This document shows positions 8,268 to 16,016 of a stretch of DNA of 64,000 nucleotides, piece after piece. A model generated the notes under the pieces. It saw nothing but the letters and a program-made list of their open reading frames with translations. It searched no databases and was not told the DNA's origin. The stretch spans positions 642 through 64,641 of the forward strand of contig SCTY01000030.1 of NCBI GenBank assembly GCA_004297625.1, written 5' to 3'. The translations under genes were made by a program, and so were the position numbers. The stretch comes from Betaproteobacteria bacterium (GTDB taxonomy: Bacteria > Pseudomonadota > Gammaproteobacteria > Burkholderiales > SG8-39). Numbering within the stretch: position 1 is the stretch's first letter; each line of letters begins with the position of its first letter.

Positions 8268-10121
8268 ATGAAGCTCGCCGCCGCCGCGCTCGCGTTTGCC
8301 CTGCTCGCGGGCTGCGCCGCCAACGAGACCTATCGCGAAGGCCGCGCCATGGTGGAGGCCGGCGACGTCGACGAGGGGCTCGCGCGCATCGAGCAGGCGC
8401 TCAACGCCGATCCCGAAGACGAGGAGATCCGCAATTTCTACCTGCGTAACCGCGCCATGGCGGTGCAGCGCTATCTTGCGTTCGCCGACAACGCGCGCGG
8501 GGCCGGCGCGCCCGCGCTCGCCGAGGCTTACTACCAGCGCGCGCTGCGTTGGGACCCGACGAACGTGCGCGCGAAAGCCGGGCTCGAAGCGGCGGCCCGC
8601 GACCGGCGCTCGGCGCCCGCCGTGGCCGAAGCAGAAAGCCTGCTGAAAAGCGGCGACACCGAAGCCGCGTATGCCAGGGCCAAGGCCGTGCTCGCGGAAA
8701 ACCCGGCGCAGCGCCAGGCGCGCAACATCGTGCGCAAGGTCGAGGAGGCGAAAGCCTCGACCGACGTGGGCTTCAGCCCCGCGCTCGCGCAAGCGCTGCG
8801 CAATCCGATCACCATCGAGCTGCGCGACGCGCCGGTGCGCTCGGTGTTCGAGCTGATGGCGAAGCGCACCGGCCTCAATTTCGTCTACGACCGCGACGTC
8901 GCGCCCGACCTGCGCACCACGGTGTTCGTGCGCGACACGCCGGTCGAGGAAGTCATGCGCTTCGTCCTCGTCACGAGCCAGCTCGCGCGCCGCGTGCTGA
9001 ACGCGAACACCATCCTCGTCTATCCGAACACCCCGCAGAAGGCGCAGGTGTACCGCGAGCTCGTGGTGCGCAGCTTCTACCTCGACAACGCGGACGCGAA
9101 GCAGACCGCCAACATGGTGCGCGCGCTCGCCAAGACGCGCGACCTCTACGTCGACGAAAAGCTCAACCTGCTCGTGATCCGCGATACGCCCGAGGCGGTG
9201 CGCCTGGTGGAGCGGCTGATCGCGAACCAGGACCTCGCCGACGCCGAGGTGATGCTCGAAGTGGAGGTGATCGAGGTCGGGCACACGCTGCTGCAGCAGC
9301 TCGGCATCCAGTGGCCCTCGTTCATCGGCGTCGGCGTGGTGGGCGCGGCCGGCACGCCGGGCCAGCTCACCGGCACGGAGGCGCGCAACCTCAACGGCGA
9401 GCTGTTCCGCGTCACGGTGAGCGACCCGCTCATCGCGCTCAGCCTGCGCGAGCTCGCGGGGCGCACCAACGTGCTCGCCAACCCGCGCATCCGCGTGCGC
9501 AACAAGGAGAAGGCGCGCATCCACATCGGCGACAAGGTGCCGGTGATCACCACCACGGCGGGCGCCACCGGGTTCGTCTCCGAGTCGGTGAACTACCTCG
9601 ACGTCGGCCTGAAGCTGGAGGTCGAGCCTTCGGTCAACCTCGACGACGACGTCGGCATCCGGGTCGGTCTCGAGGTCAGCAACATCTCCAACCAGGTCAC
9701 CACCGCCTCGGGCACGGTCGCCTACCAGGTGGGCACACGCAATACCGCCACCACTCTGCGCCTGCACGACGGCGAGACGCAGGTGCTCGCCGGGCTGATC
9801 AACGACGAGGATCGCCGCAGCGCCACCCAGGTGCCGGGCCTCGCCCAGCTGCCGCTGGTGGGCCGGCTCTTCCAAAGCCGCAACGACACGGTCAACAAGA
9901 CCGAGATCGTGCTCCTCATCACCCCGCACGTGATCCGCAACATCGAGCGGCCCGGCGTGGCCCTGGAGCGTTTCAATTCCGGCACGGAGTCGGACGTCGG
10001 CGGCGGCGGGGCGTCCGCGGCCGTGCCGGCGCCGGGCGTTCCGCCCCAGAGCCCGCCTGCACCGGCGCCCGCGCCCGTCAAGCCGGCTGCGCCCGCCTCG
10101 ATCCTCCCGCCCTCGCGCTAG
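8268..10121 (+). CDS. secretin (GspD/PilQ superfamily) with lipobox and N-terminal TPR region
   Basis: Lipobox LLAGC. TPR-like helical repeats for ~170 aa. N0-like ITIELRDAPVRSVFELMA. Secretin core NVLANPRIRVRNKEKARIHIGDKVPV. P/A-rich tail. Confidence 0.85.
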   Translation: MKLAAAALAFALLAGCAANETYREGRAMVEAGDVDEGLARIEQALNADPEDEEIRNFYLRNRAMAVQRYLAFADNARGAGAPALAEAYYQRALRWDPTNVRAKAGLEAAARDRRSAPAVAEAESLLKSGDTEAAYARAKAVLAENPAQRQARNIVRKVEEAKASTDVGFSPALAQALRNPITIELRDAPVRSVFELMAKRTGLNFVYDRDVAPDLRTTVFVRDTPVEEVMRFVLVTSQLARRVLNANTILVYPNTPQKAQVYRELVVRSFYLDNADAKQTANMVRALAKTRDLYVDEKLNLLVIRDTPEAVRLVERLIANQDLADAEVMLEVEVIEVGHTLLQQLGIQWPSFIGVGVVGAAGTPGQLTGTEARNLNGELFRVTVSDPLIALSLRELAGRTNVLANPRIRVRNKEKARIHIGDKVPVITTTAGATGFVSESVNYLDVGLKLEVEPSVNLDDDVGIRVGLEVSNISNQVTTASGTVAYQVGTRNTATTLRLHDGETQVLAGLINDEDRRSATQVPGLAQLPLVGRLFQSRNDTVNKTEIVLLITPHVIRNIERPGVALERFNSGTESDVGGGGASAAVPAPGVPPQSPPAPAPAPVKPAAPASILPPSR

Positions 10122-10171
10122 GCATAGTCCTTTCGGACCATGCCGGCGACCTTGGCTTGAAGAGCAGCACC

Positions 10172-10196
10172 GGGGCGCGGCTGGCGGCCGCGCCCC
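10172..10196. terminator. hairpin between convergent genes (likely bidirectional terminator)
   Basis: GGGGCGCGGC-tggcg-GCCGCGCCCC followed by a T-rich tract. Confidence 0.55.
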
Positions 10197-10205
10197 TTCT
10201 TATTT

Positions 10206-10853
10206 CTACGCGAACACCAGCTTGTTGATGTCCAGGCCCTCGGCGTATTCGACGCCGACCATGCGGCCGTTGACGCGCGCGATGTCGCGGTAGAACTCGA
10301 AGGTGAGGCCGCGCGCATAGAACTGGCTCTTGTGCGCCGCGATGGCGCGCAGCTTGGTGTCGATGGTGTGCGAGACGTCGATGTAGGCGCGCGGCTGGAA
10401 GGGCACCGGCACCGGGCGGCACATCGTCGGCAGGAAGCTGTAGAAGTCGAAGCAAGCGAGCCGCTGGGTCGCCACCATGCCGTGATAGATCTGCACGTGG
10501 TCGTGGTGAAAGTCCGTCGGGCCGTGCGTCAGCACCGCGAGCGGCTTGTACTCGCGCACCAGGCCGTCGAGCAGGCCCACCAGCTGATGATTCTTCACGT
10601 CCTCGATGCGCTTGCAGCCGCCTGCCATCAGGATGCGCAGCTCGCAGCCGAGGATCGCGGCCGAATCCTTCGCCTCCGACACGCGCGTGTCGTAGTCCGC
10701 CGGCACCGAGCAGATCGCCATCACCACCTGGACGCCCGCCGCCGAGAGCGCGGCGAGCGTGCCGCCGGCGCCGAGCTCGAGGTCGTCCGGATGAGCGCCG
10801 ACCGCCACGACCGTGGCGCCGACATAGCGCGCGGCGAAGCTGCGTGCCGACAC
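10206..10853 (-). CDS. PIG-L/LmbE family N-acetylglucosaminyl deacetylase
   Basis: VVAVGAHPDDLELGAGG and HHDH motifs. Start placed at GTG 10853 because the longer ORF runs through the palindromic repeat. Confidence 0.7.
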   Translation of the reverse strand: MSARSFAARYVGATVVAVGAHPDDLELGAGGTLAALSAAGVQVVMAICSVPADYDTRVSEAKDSAAILGCELRILMAGGCKRIEDVKNHQLVGLLDGLVREYKPLAVLTHGPTDFHHDHVQIYHGMVATQRLACFDFYSFLPTMCRPVPVPFQPRAYIDVSHTIDTKLRAIAAHKSQFYARGLTFEFYRDIARVNGRMVGVEYAEGLDINKLVFA

Positions 10854-10856
10854 GGC

Positions 10857-10882
10857 GGGGTCGGAGCAAATGCTCTGACCCC
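10857..10882. repeat. palindromic REP-like element, GGGGTCAGAG family (copy a)
   Basis: GGGGTCGGAGC-AAAT-GCTCTGACCCC fills the 35-nt gap between two genes. Confidence 0.75.
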
Positions 10883-10888
10883 CTTGGG

Positions 10889-11521
10889 TTATGGCTGCGC
10901 CCAGGGGGGCGTCCGATACATGCACAGCGTGAAATCGTTCGGCAGGTACGTGTGGTCCAGCCGCACCGCGGGCGTCATGCCCATCGCGAGCTGCAGGATG
11001 TCCCACGGATAGACGTAGAGGCGGCCCGGGCTGCGGCGCGGCGCGCAGCCCGAGAGGAAGTTGACCGCCAATCCGATGTCCGTGAACGAGAACAGATGCT
11101 CGAGCACCGGCTGCACGCGCTCGCGCGTGCCCTTGGCCGCGTAGCCGAAGATGCCGCTCGCCACGACGTAGTCGAACGAATTCTCGGGCTCGTAGGTGAG
11201 CGCATCGCCGATGACGAAGCGCGCGTCCATGTCGCGGAAGCGGGTGCGGCAGCGCTCGATCATCGGCGGGCAGATGTCGAGGCCGGTGTAGCGCGGCCGC
11301 ACGCCGCGCGCGGTGAGAAAGGCGAGAAAGTCGCCGAAGCCGCAGCCGACGTCGAGCACCCGCCGGCCGTGAAGCGAGCCGAGCGCGAGCGCCGCTGCGA
11401 AGCGCTTCTCCTGCGAGGAGCGCCGGCCGAAGCCGAGCGCCTTGTAGCCATAGCCGAAGCGGCGGACGTGCTCACGGTACCACCGGGCGGTCTCGAACTC
11501 AGGCCGCAGCGCACGCACCAT
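10889..11521 (-). CDS. class I SAM-dependent methyltransferase
   Basis: Motif I VLDVGCGFGDF; ~210 aa. Confidence 0.7.
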   Translation of the reverse strand: MVRALRPEFETARWYREHVRRFGYGYKALGFGRRSSQEKRFAAALALGSLHGRRVLDVGCGFGDFLAFLTARGVRPRYTGLDICPPMIERCRTRFRDMDARFVIGDALTYEPENSFDYVVASGIFGYAAKGTRERVQPVLEHLFSFTDIGLAVNFLSGCAPRRSPGRLYVYPWDILQLAMGMTPAVRLDHTYLPNDFTLCMYRTPPWAQP

Positions 11522-12224
11522 GCGTCGCGGCCTCTCCCATGAGGATGGCGCGGCTTGCCGGGCCGGCGTTGAACAGCAGATCCACGGCGGCGAGCCCGGG
11601 GATGAAAGGCGCCGGCCCGCACTGCTTGTACACGGGGTGCGTGAACTGATGCCAGCGGATCTGGATGCCTTCGCGCGCGAATTCCTCGGCGCCGAGATAG
11701 CCGCGCGAGCCGCCGAACCCCGCGAGCAGCGCGCGCGCGCCGACCGCCTTGCACAGGTTGAGGATGAGCTGCGACTTCGCGCCGTCGACGTTGAGCTGCG
11801 AGCTTCTGAGCAGCGGCGTGCGTATGCCGAACGCCTCGCGCAGCACCTCGATCATCGCCAGGTCGAGCTCCACCAGGCGCTGCCAGCGCGCCTCGAGCAG
11901 CTTTCTGAAGTCACCGGCGTAAGTGCTGAAGAAGCCGGCTTCGCGGTAAGCGTGGCGCAGCGTGGCGAAATGATTCGGCCCCCAGGCACGCGCCGGGTCG
12001 CGGTTGTCGACCTCCTTGTCGATGATGCGCTCCTTCTGCGAGCGCTGGACGACGGGCACGGTGAGCCAGCGCGCCTGGCCGTCGAGGCGGATCTGGCTGC
12101 GGTTCTGGTAGTTGCGCCGCTCGAACTGCACGTGATCGAGCACGATGAACGCATCGACCTGCGCCATGCGCTGCAGGTATCCGAGCCAGGGGATGAAGTG
12201 CGGCTGGTGAATGGCGACAAGCAT
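11499..12224 (-). CDS. WbqC-like family protein
   Basis: N-terminus MLVAIHQPHFIPWLGYLQRM...FERRNYQNRSQI is typical of the WbqC family. Confidence 0.65.
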   Translation of the reverse strand: MLVAIHQPHFIPWLGYLQRMAQVDAFIVLDHVQFERRNYQNRSQIRLDGQARWLTVPVVQRSQKERIIDKEVDNRDPARAWGPNHFATLRHAYREAGFFSTYAGDFRKLLEARWQRLVELDLAMIEVLREAFGIRTPLLRSSQLNVDGAKSQLILNLCKAVGARALLAGFGGSRGYLGAEEFAREGIQIRWHQFTHPVYKQCGPAPFIPGLAAVDLLFNAGPASRAILMGEAATHGACAAA

Positions 12225-12354
12225 CCGTGCGTCCTAAGTTCGCAGACCCCCTAGCGTAAGACCCGCCCCGGCGATACTTCGACCCGTGACCGTGCGCCGA
12301 TCGGCGCACCGCAGCCCAGCAGCCCCGTTGCGCGCCTCGGATAGGCTGGAACCG

Positions 12355-13599
12355 ATGCATAGCGGCCCCGATTTCGACGTGCGTGAATGGCGCCCGGAGC
12401 GACCGCCCGCCGTCCTCCTCGGCGGCCTCAATCTCGCGCGCGCGCTCGGTGTCGCCGACATCCCGGTGATCGTGGCCGCGGCGGATGCGGAGTCGCGCGT
12501 GTTCGCGTCGCGCTTCTGCAGCGCCGGCATGCTGCTGCCACCGCTCGACCAGGTGGACGTTGCCGCAGAGAAGCTCCTGCGGCTGGGGGAGCGCCTTTGC
12601 AGCGCACTGGGCCGGCCGGTGCCGCTCTTCTACGGCAACGACGACTACCTCAACCTGGTTCTGCAAAATCGCGGCCGGCTCGCGCCGTATTTCCGCTTCG
12701 TCGTGAACGATCCCGAAGTGTCCGCGGCGTTGATCGAGAAAGAGCTGTTCCACGCTTTCACCACCCGCCGGGGCCTGCCTGCGCCGCGGGTGCTGCAATG
12801 GGAAGAGCTCGGTCCCGTCGAGGGGCCGGTGCTCATCAAGCCGAAGCTGAAGATCGCCTGGGAGAAGACCCAGATCTACCTCCGCCTCTTCGGCGGCCAG
12901 GGCAAGGCGCGCGTCTACCCGGACGGGCGCCAGGCGCTCGCCGATCCGCTCGTGCGCGCACTGCGCAACGAGCTCGTATTCCAGGAATACATCCCCGGCG
13001 ACGATCGCAACCTGTGGTCGTTCCACGGCTATGCGGACGAGAACGCCAACGTGCTCGCGTGGTTCACGGGCCGCAAGATCCGCACTTATCCCGCGCTCAC
13101 GGGCGAGAGCAGCTATCTCGAGCTCGCGCATCACGACGAGCTCGCGGCGGTAGGCCACCGCATCGTCGCGCGCGCGCCGCTCAAGGGGCCGTTCAAGATC
13201 GATTTCAAATACGACCCGCGCAGCGCCTCGTGGCTGATGCTCGAGGTGAACGCGCGCTACAACCTTTGGCACTATCTCGGCGCCTGGAACGGCGTCAACA
13301 TTCCGCTGACCGCGTACGAGCACCTGCTCACCGGAAAGAGCGGCCCGGCGCCGGCGCGCTTCGGCACGACCTACCGCTGGCTCAACCTGCGGCTCGACTT
13401 CCATGCGTACCGCGACCTCGCCGCGCGCGGCGAGCTCGGGTTCTGGGGTTGGATCGCGTCGCTGGCGGCCGCGCGCAAGGTGTACGACGTGTTCGCCTGG
13501 ACCGATCCGGTGCCGTTCATCGTCGGCGTACTGCGTCGCCTGCGCCGCCTCCCGCGCTTTACCGCGCGGCTGACGCGATGGCTGTTTACGCCGTCATAG
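12355..13599 (+). CDS. ATP-grasp (carboxylate-amine ligase-like) protein
   Basis: PVLIKPK, FQEYIPG, LMLEVNAR blocks in ATP-grasp order. An alternative GTG start exists at 12286. Confidence 0.6.
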   Translation: MHSGPDFDVREWRPERPPAVLLGGLNLARALGVADIPVIVAAADAESRVFASRFCSAGMLLPPLDQVDVAAEKLLRLGERLCSALGRPVPLFYGNDDYLNLVLQNRGRLAPYFRFVVNDPEVSAALIEKELFHAFTTRRGLPAPRVLQWEELGPVEGPVLIKPKLKIAWEKTQIYLRLFGGQGKARVYPDGRQALADPLVRALRNELVFQEYIPGDDRNLWSFHGYADENANVLAWFTGRKIRTYPALTGESSYLELAHHDELAAVGHRIVARAPLKGPFKIDFKYDPRSASWLMLEVNARYNLWHYLGAWNGVNIPLTAYEHLLTGKSGPAPARFGTTYRWLNLRLDFHAYRDLAARGELGFWGWIASLAAARKVYDVFAWTDPVPFIVGVLRRLRRLPRFTARLTRWLFTPS

Positions 13600-14360
13600 C
13601 GGACATCCACGGCAACCGCGAGGCGCTCGCAGCCGTTCTCGGGCTGCTCGAGGAGCGCGGCGTGCGGCGCGTCGCGTGCCTGGGCGACGTCGTCGGCTAC
13701 AACGCCGACCCCGACGAGTGCGTGGCGCTGGTGCGCAGCCGCTGCGCTGCCGTGATCGCCGGCAACCACGACCTCATCGGCATCGGGCGGCTCGGCTTCG
13801 AGCGCTGCTCGAACAAGGCGGCGTATTCGCTCAAGCGGACGCGCCGCATGCTCGCGCCGCAATCCGCAGAGTTCCTTGCCGGCCTTCCGGCGACTCATGT
13901 CCTCGAAGAAAGCGTGGTGCTGGTGCACGGCGGAGTGCGCGACGTGCAGCAGTACATGACCACGCCGGCGCACATCCTGCAAAACGCCGAGCTGCTGCGG
14001 GCCGATTTCCCCGGCGCGCGCATCTGCTTCTTCGGCCACAGCCACGAGCAGAAGGTCTACGAGGTCGACGGCGAACGCGTGCGCGAATTGCCCGCCGAAG
14101 GCACGCTGGCCCTCGATCGCAATCGCCTCTATTTCATCAACCCCGGCTCAGTCGATGCCTCGCGCAAGCGCACGGCGAAGGCCGCCGAATGCGCGCTGCT
14201 CGACACCCTGGACTGGAGCGTCGAATTCGCGCGCACCCGTTACGACGCCGCGGCGACGGAAGCGAAGGCGGCGGCTTTCGGCTATCGCATCAGCCCCTTG
14301 ACCGACCGGCTGTACACGCTCAAGCGCCGGCTTGCCCGCAGGCTCGCCTTCAATGCATGA
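13578..14360 (+). CDS. metallophosphoesterase
   Basis: ADIHGN, GDVVGYN, GNHD, GHSH motif series. Confidence 0.75.
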   Translation: MAVYAVIADIHGNREALAAVLGLLEERGVRRVACLGDVVGYNADPDECVALVRSRCAAVIAGNHDLIGIGRLGFERCSNKAAYSLKRTRRMLAPQSAEFLAGLPATHVLEESVVLVHGGVRDVQQYMTTPAHILQNAELLRADFPGARICFFGHSHEQKVYEVDGERVRELPAEGTLALDRNRLYFINPGSVDASRKRTAKAAECALLDTLDWSVEFARTRYDAAATEAKAAAFGYRISPLTDRLYTLKRRLARRLAFNA

Positions 14361-15477
14361 AGCACTGACGATCGGCCGCGGCTACGACCGCGCCGCTTCC
14401 CGCGACATATCGGCCGAGCGCGGCTTCAACATCCCCTCGCTCGACGGCATCCGCGCGCTGGCGGTGATGATCGTGTTCGTCGGGCACGCCGGCCTCGGCT
14501 ACGTCGTGCCGGGCGGCTTCGGCGTCACGGTGTTCTTCTTTCTGAGCGGTTATCTCATCACCACGCTGCTGCGCCGCGAGTACGAGCGCACCGGCCGCAT
14601 CAGCCTGCGCAACTTCTACCTGCGCCGCATCTACCGCATCTTCCCGCCGCTCTACCTGGTGCTCGCGATCCTCATCACGCTGAAGCTTTCGGGGGTGATT
14701 CCGTACGCCATGTCCGGCTGGGCGGTGGCGGCGCAGCTCGCGCATCTCACGAACTACTACCTGCTGCTGTTTCCCGGCGTCGAGTTCGCGCCCGTGGTGC
14801 CTTACACCGTGCCGATGTGGTCGCTGGCGGTCGAAGAGCACTTCTATCTCCTGTTCCCGCTCTCACTGCTTTTCCTGTTGAAAAAAAATACATATCCACG
14901 AGCTGCGCTCGCGCTTGCGGCGGTGTGCGCGGTCGTGCTCGCCTGGCGCATCGCCCTCCTCTGGCTCTCGCAGAATCCCGACCACTACACCTATCACGCC
15001 ACCGACACGCGCCTCGATTCGCTGCTCTTCGGCTGCATCATGGCGCTGTGGATGAACCCGGCGATGGACGAGCCGCCCGAGGCGATCGGCGCGCGCGGCT
15101 GGGCGATCCTCTGCTTCGCCGCCGTGGTCGTGCTCCTCGGCACGTTCCTGTACCGGGATCCCTCCTTCCGCGCCGCGGTGCGCTACACCGTCCAAGGCAT
15201 CGCGCTGTTCCCGCTTTTCTACTGCGCGGTGCGCTACGCGCGCTCGCCGTTCTTTTCGTGGCTCAACCTCCGGCCGGTGCGCGCGCTCGGGATCATCTCC
15301 TATACGGTCTATCTTTCGCACTTCGCGGCGATCCAGCTCGCCGGCAAGCTGCTCGGCGTTTCCGGCTTCACGCGCGGCGTGCTCGGCTTTGCCTTCACCG
15401 TCGCCTTCTCCGCCGCCTGCTACGTGCTCATCGAACGGCGCTTCGCCGTCCTGCGCCGCAAGCTGCACCGAAACTAA
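14353..15477 (+). CDS. acyltransferase family 3 (OafA/YrhL-like O-acyltransferase)
   Basis: ~10 TM segments. N-terminal LDGIRALAVMIVFVGH motif. Confidence 0.8.
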   Translation: MHEALTIGRGYDRAASRDISAERGFNIPSLDGIRALAVMIVFVGHAGLGYVVPGGFGVTVFFFLSGYLITTLLRREYERTGRISLRNFYLRRIYRIFPPLYLVLAILITLKLSGVIPYAMSGWAVAAQLAHLTNYYLLLFPGVEFAPVVPYTVPMWSLAVEEHFYLLFPLSLLFLLKKNTYPRAALALAAVCAVVLAWRIALLWLSQNPDHYTYHATDTRLDSLLFGCIMALWMNPAMDEPPEAIGARGWAILCFAAVVVLLGTFLYRDPSFRAAVRYTVQGIALFPLFYCAVRYARSPFFSWLNLRPVRALGIISYTVYLSHFAAIQLAGKLLGVSGFTRGVLGFAFTVAFSAACYVLIERRFAVLRRKLHRN

Positions 15478-15484
15478 CTAATTG

Positions 15485-15510
15485 GGGGTCAGAGCAAATG
15501 CTCTGACCCC
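15485..15510. repeat. palindromic REP-like element, GGGGTCAGAG family (copy b)
   Basis: GGGGTCAGAGC-AAAT-GCTCTGACCCC, perfect 11-bp stem, just after the acyltransferase stop. Confidence 0.8.
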
Positions 15511-15555
15511 AGTTCACGGCTAAAATGGGATCATCCTAGCTTTAGGGCTATTGCC

Positions 15556-15765
15556 ATGCGCCGCTATACCGCCGTTATCGAACGCTGTCCAGATACGCAG
15601 CTTTACGTGGGCTACGTCCCGGGTTTTCCCGGCGCTCACAGCCAAGGCGCGACGCTAGACGAACTGCAAGCGAACCTTCGCGAGGTTATCGAGATGCTGC
15701 TCGACGACGGAGAGCCGAAGCTCGAAACCGAGTTCGTCGGTACCCAGACAGTCATTGTCGACTGA
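15556..15765 (+). CDS. hicB: HicB-family antitoxin (short, UPF0150-type)
   Basis: YTAVIERCPDTQLYVGYVPGFPGAHSQGATLDELQANLREVIEM. Immediately precedes hicA. Confidence 0.75.
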   Translation: MRRYTAVIERCPDTQLYVGYVPGFPGAHSQGATLDELQANLREVIEMLLDDGEPKLETEFVGTQTVIVD

Positions 15766-15991
15766 GTGTCGGGCGTTCCGGTCCTCAAGCCGCGCGAAGT
15801 AATCGCCATCCTTACCGCGCTTGGCTTTGCCGAAGTCCGCCAGCGTGGTTCACATAAGCAGTTTCGTCATCCCGATGGACGGGCAACCACCGTCCCTTTC
15901 CACGCCGGCCGCGACATCTCGCCGATCCTTTTTGCGCCAGATCGCGAAAGATATCGGCCTGACCGTGGATCAGCTCTTAAAACATCGCTAA
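15766..15991 (+). pseudogene. hicA: HicA toxin gene with +1 frameshift in a T5 run
   Basis: GSHKQFRHPDGRATTVPFHAGRDISPIL is followed in the next frame by LRQIAKDIGLTVDQLLKHR-stop (TAA 15989-15991). The shift occurs at TTTTT 15929-15933. As read, the ORF instead runs to 16020. Confidence 0.7.
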
Positions 15992-16016
15992 GGAGGCTCG
16001 CTAGCGACAAAGGGAA

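Noticed and set aside
7956-9929. Very long ORFs antisense to, or out of frame with, recognisable genes (e.g. 7956-9929 minus, 17283-20111 plus, 25439-28243 plus, 54277-57855 minus, 11911-13404 minus).
   Set aside because: Their translations are Arg/Ala/Gly/Pro-rich and low in complexity, and each overlaps a gene with clear family motifs. Such ORFs are the expected artefact of stop-codon scarcity in high-GC DNA.
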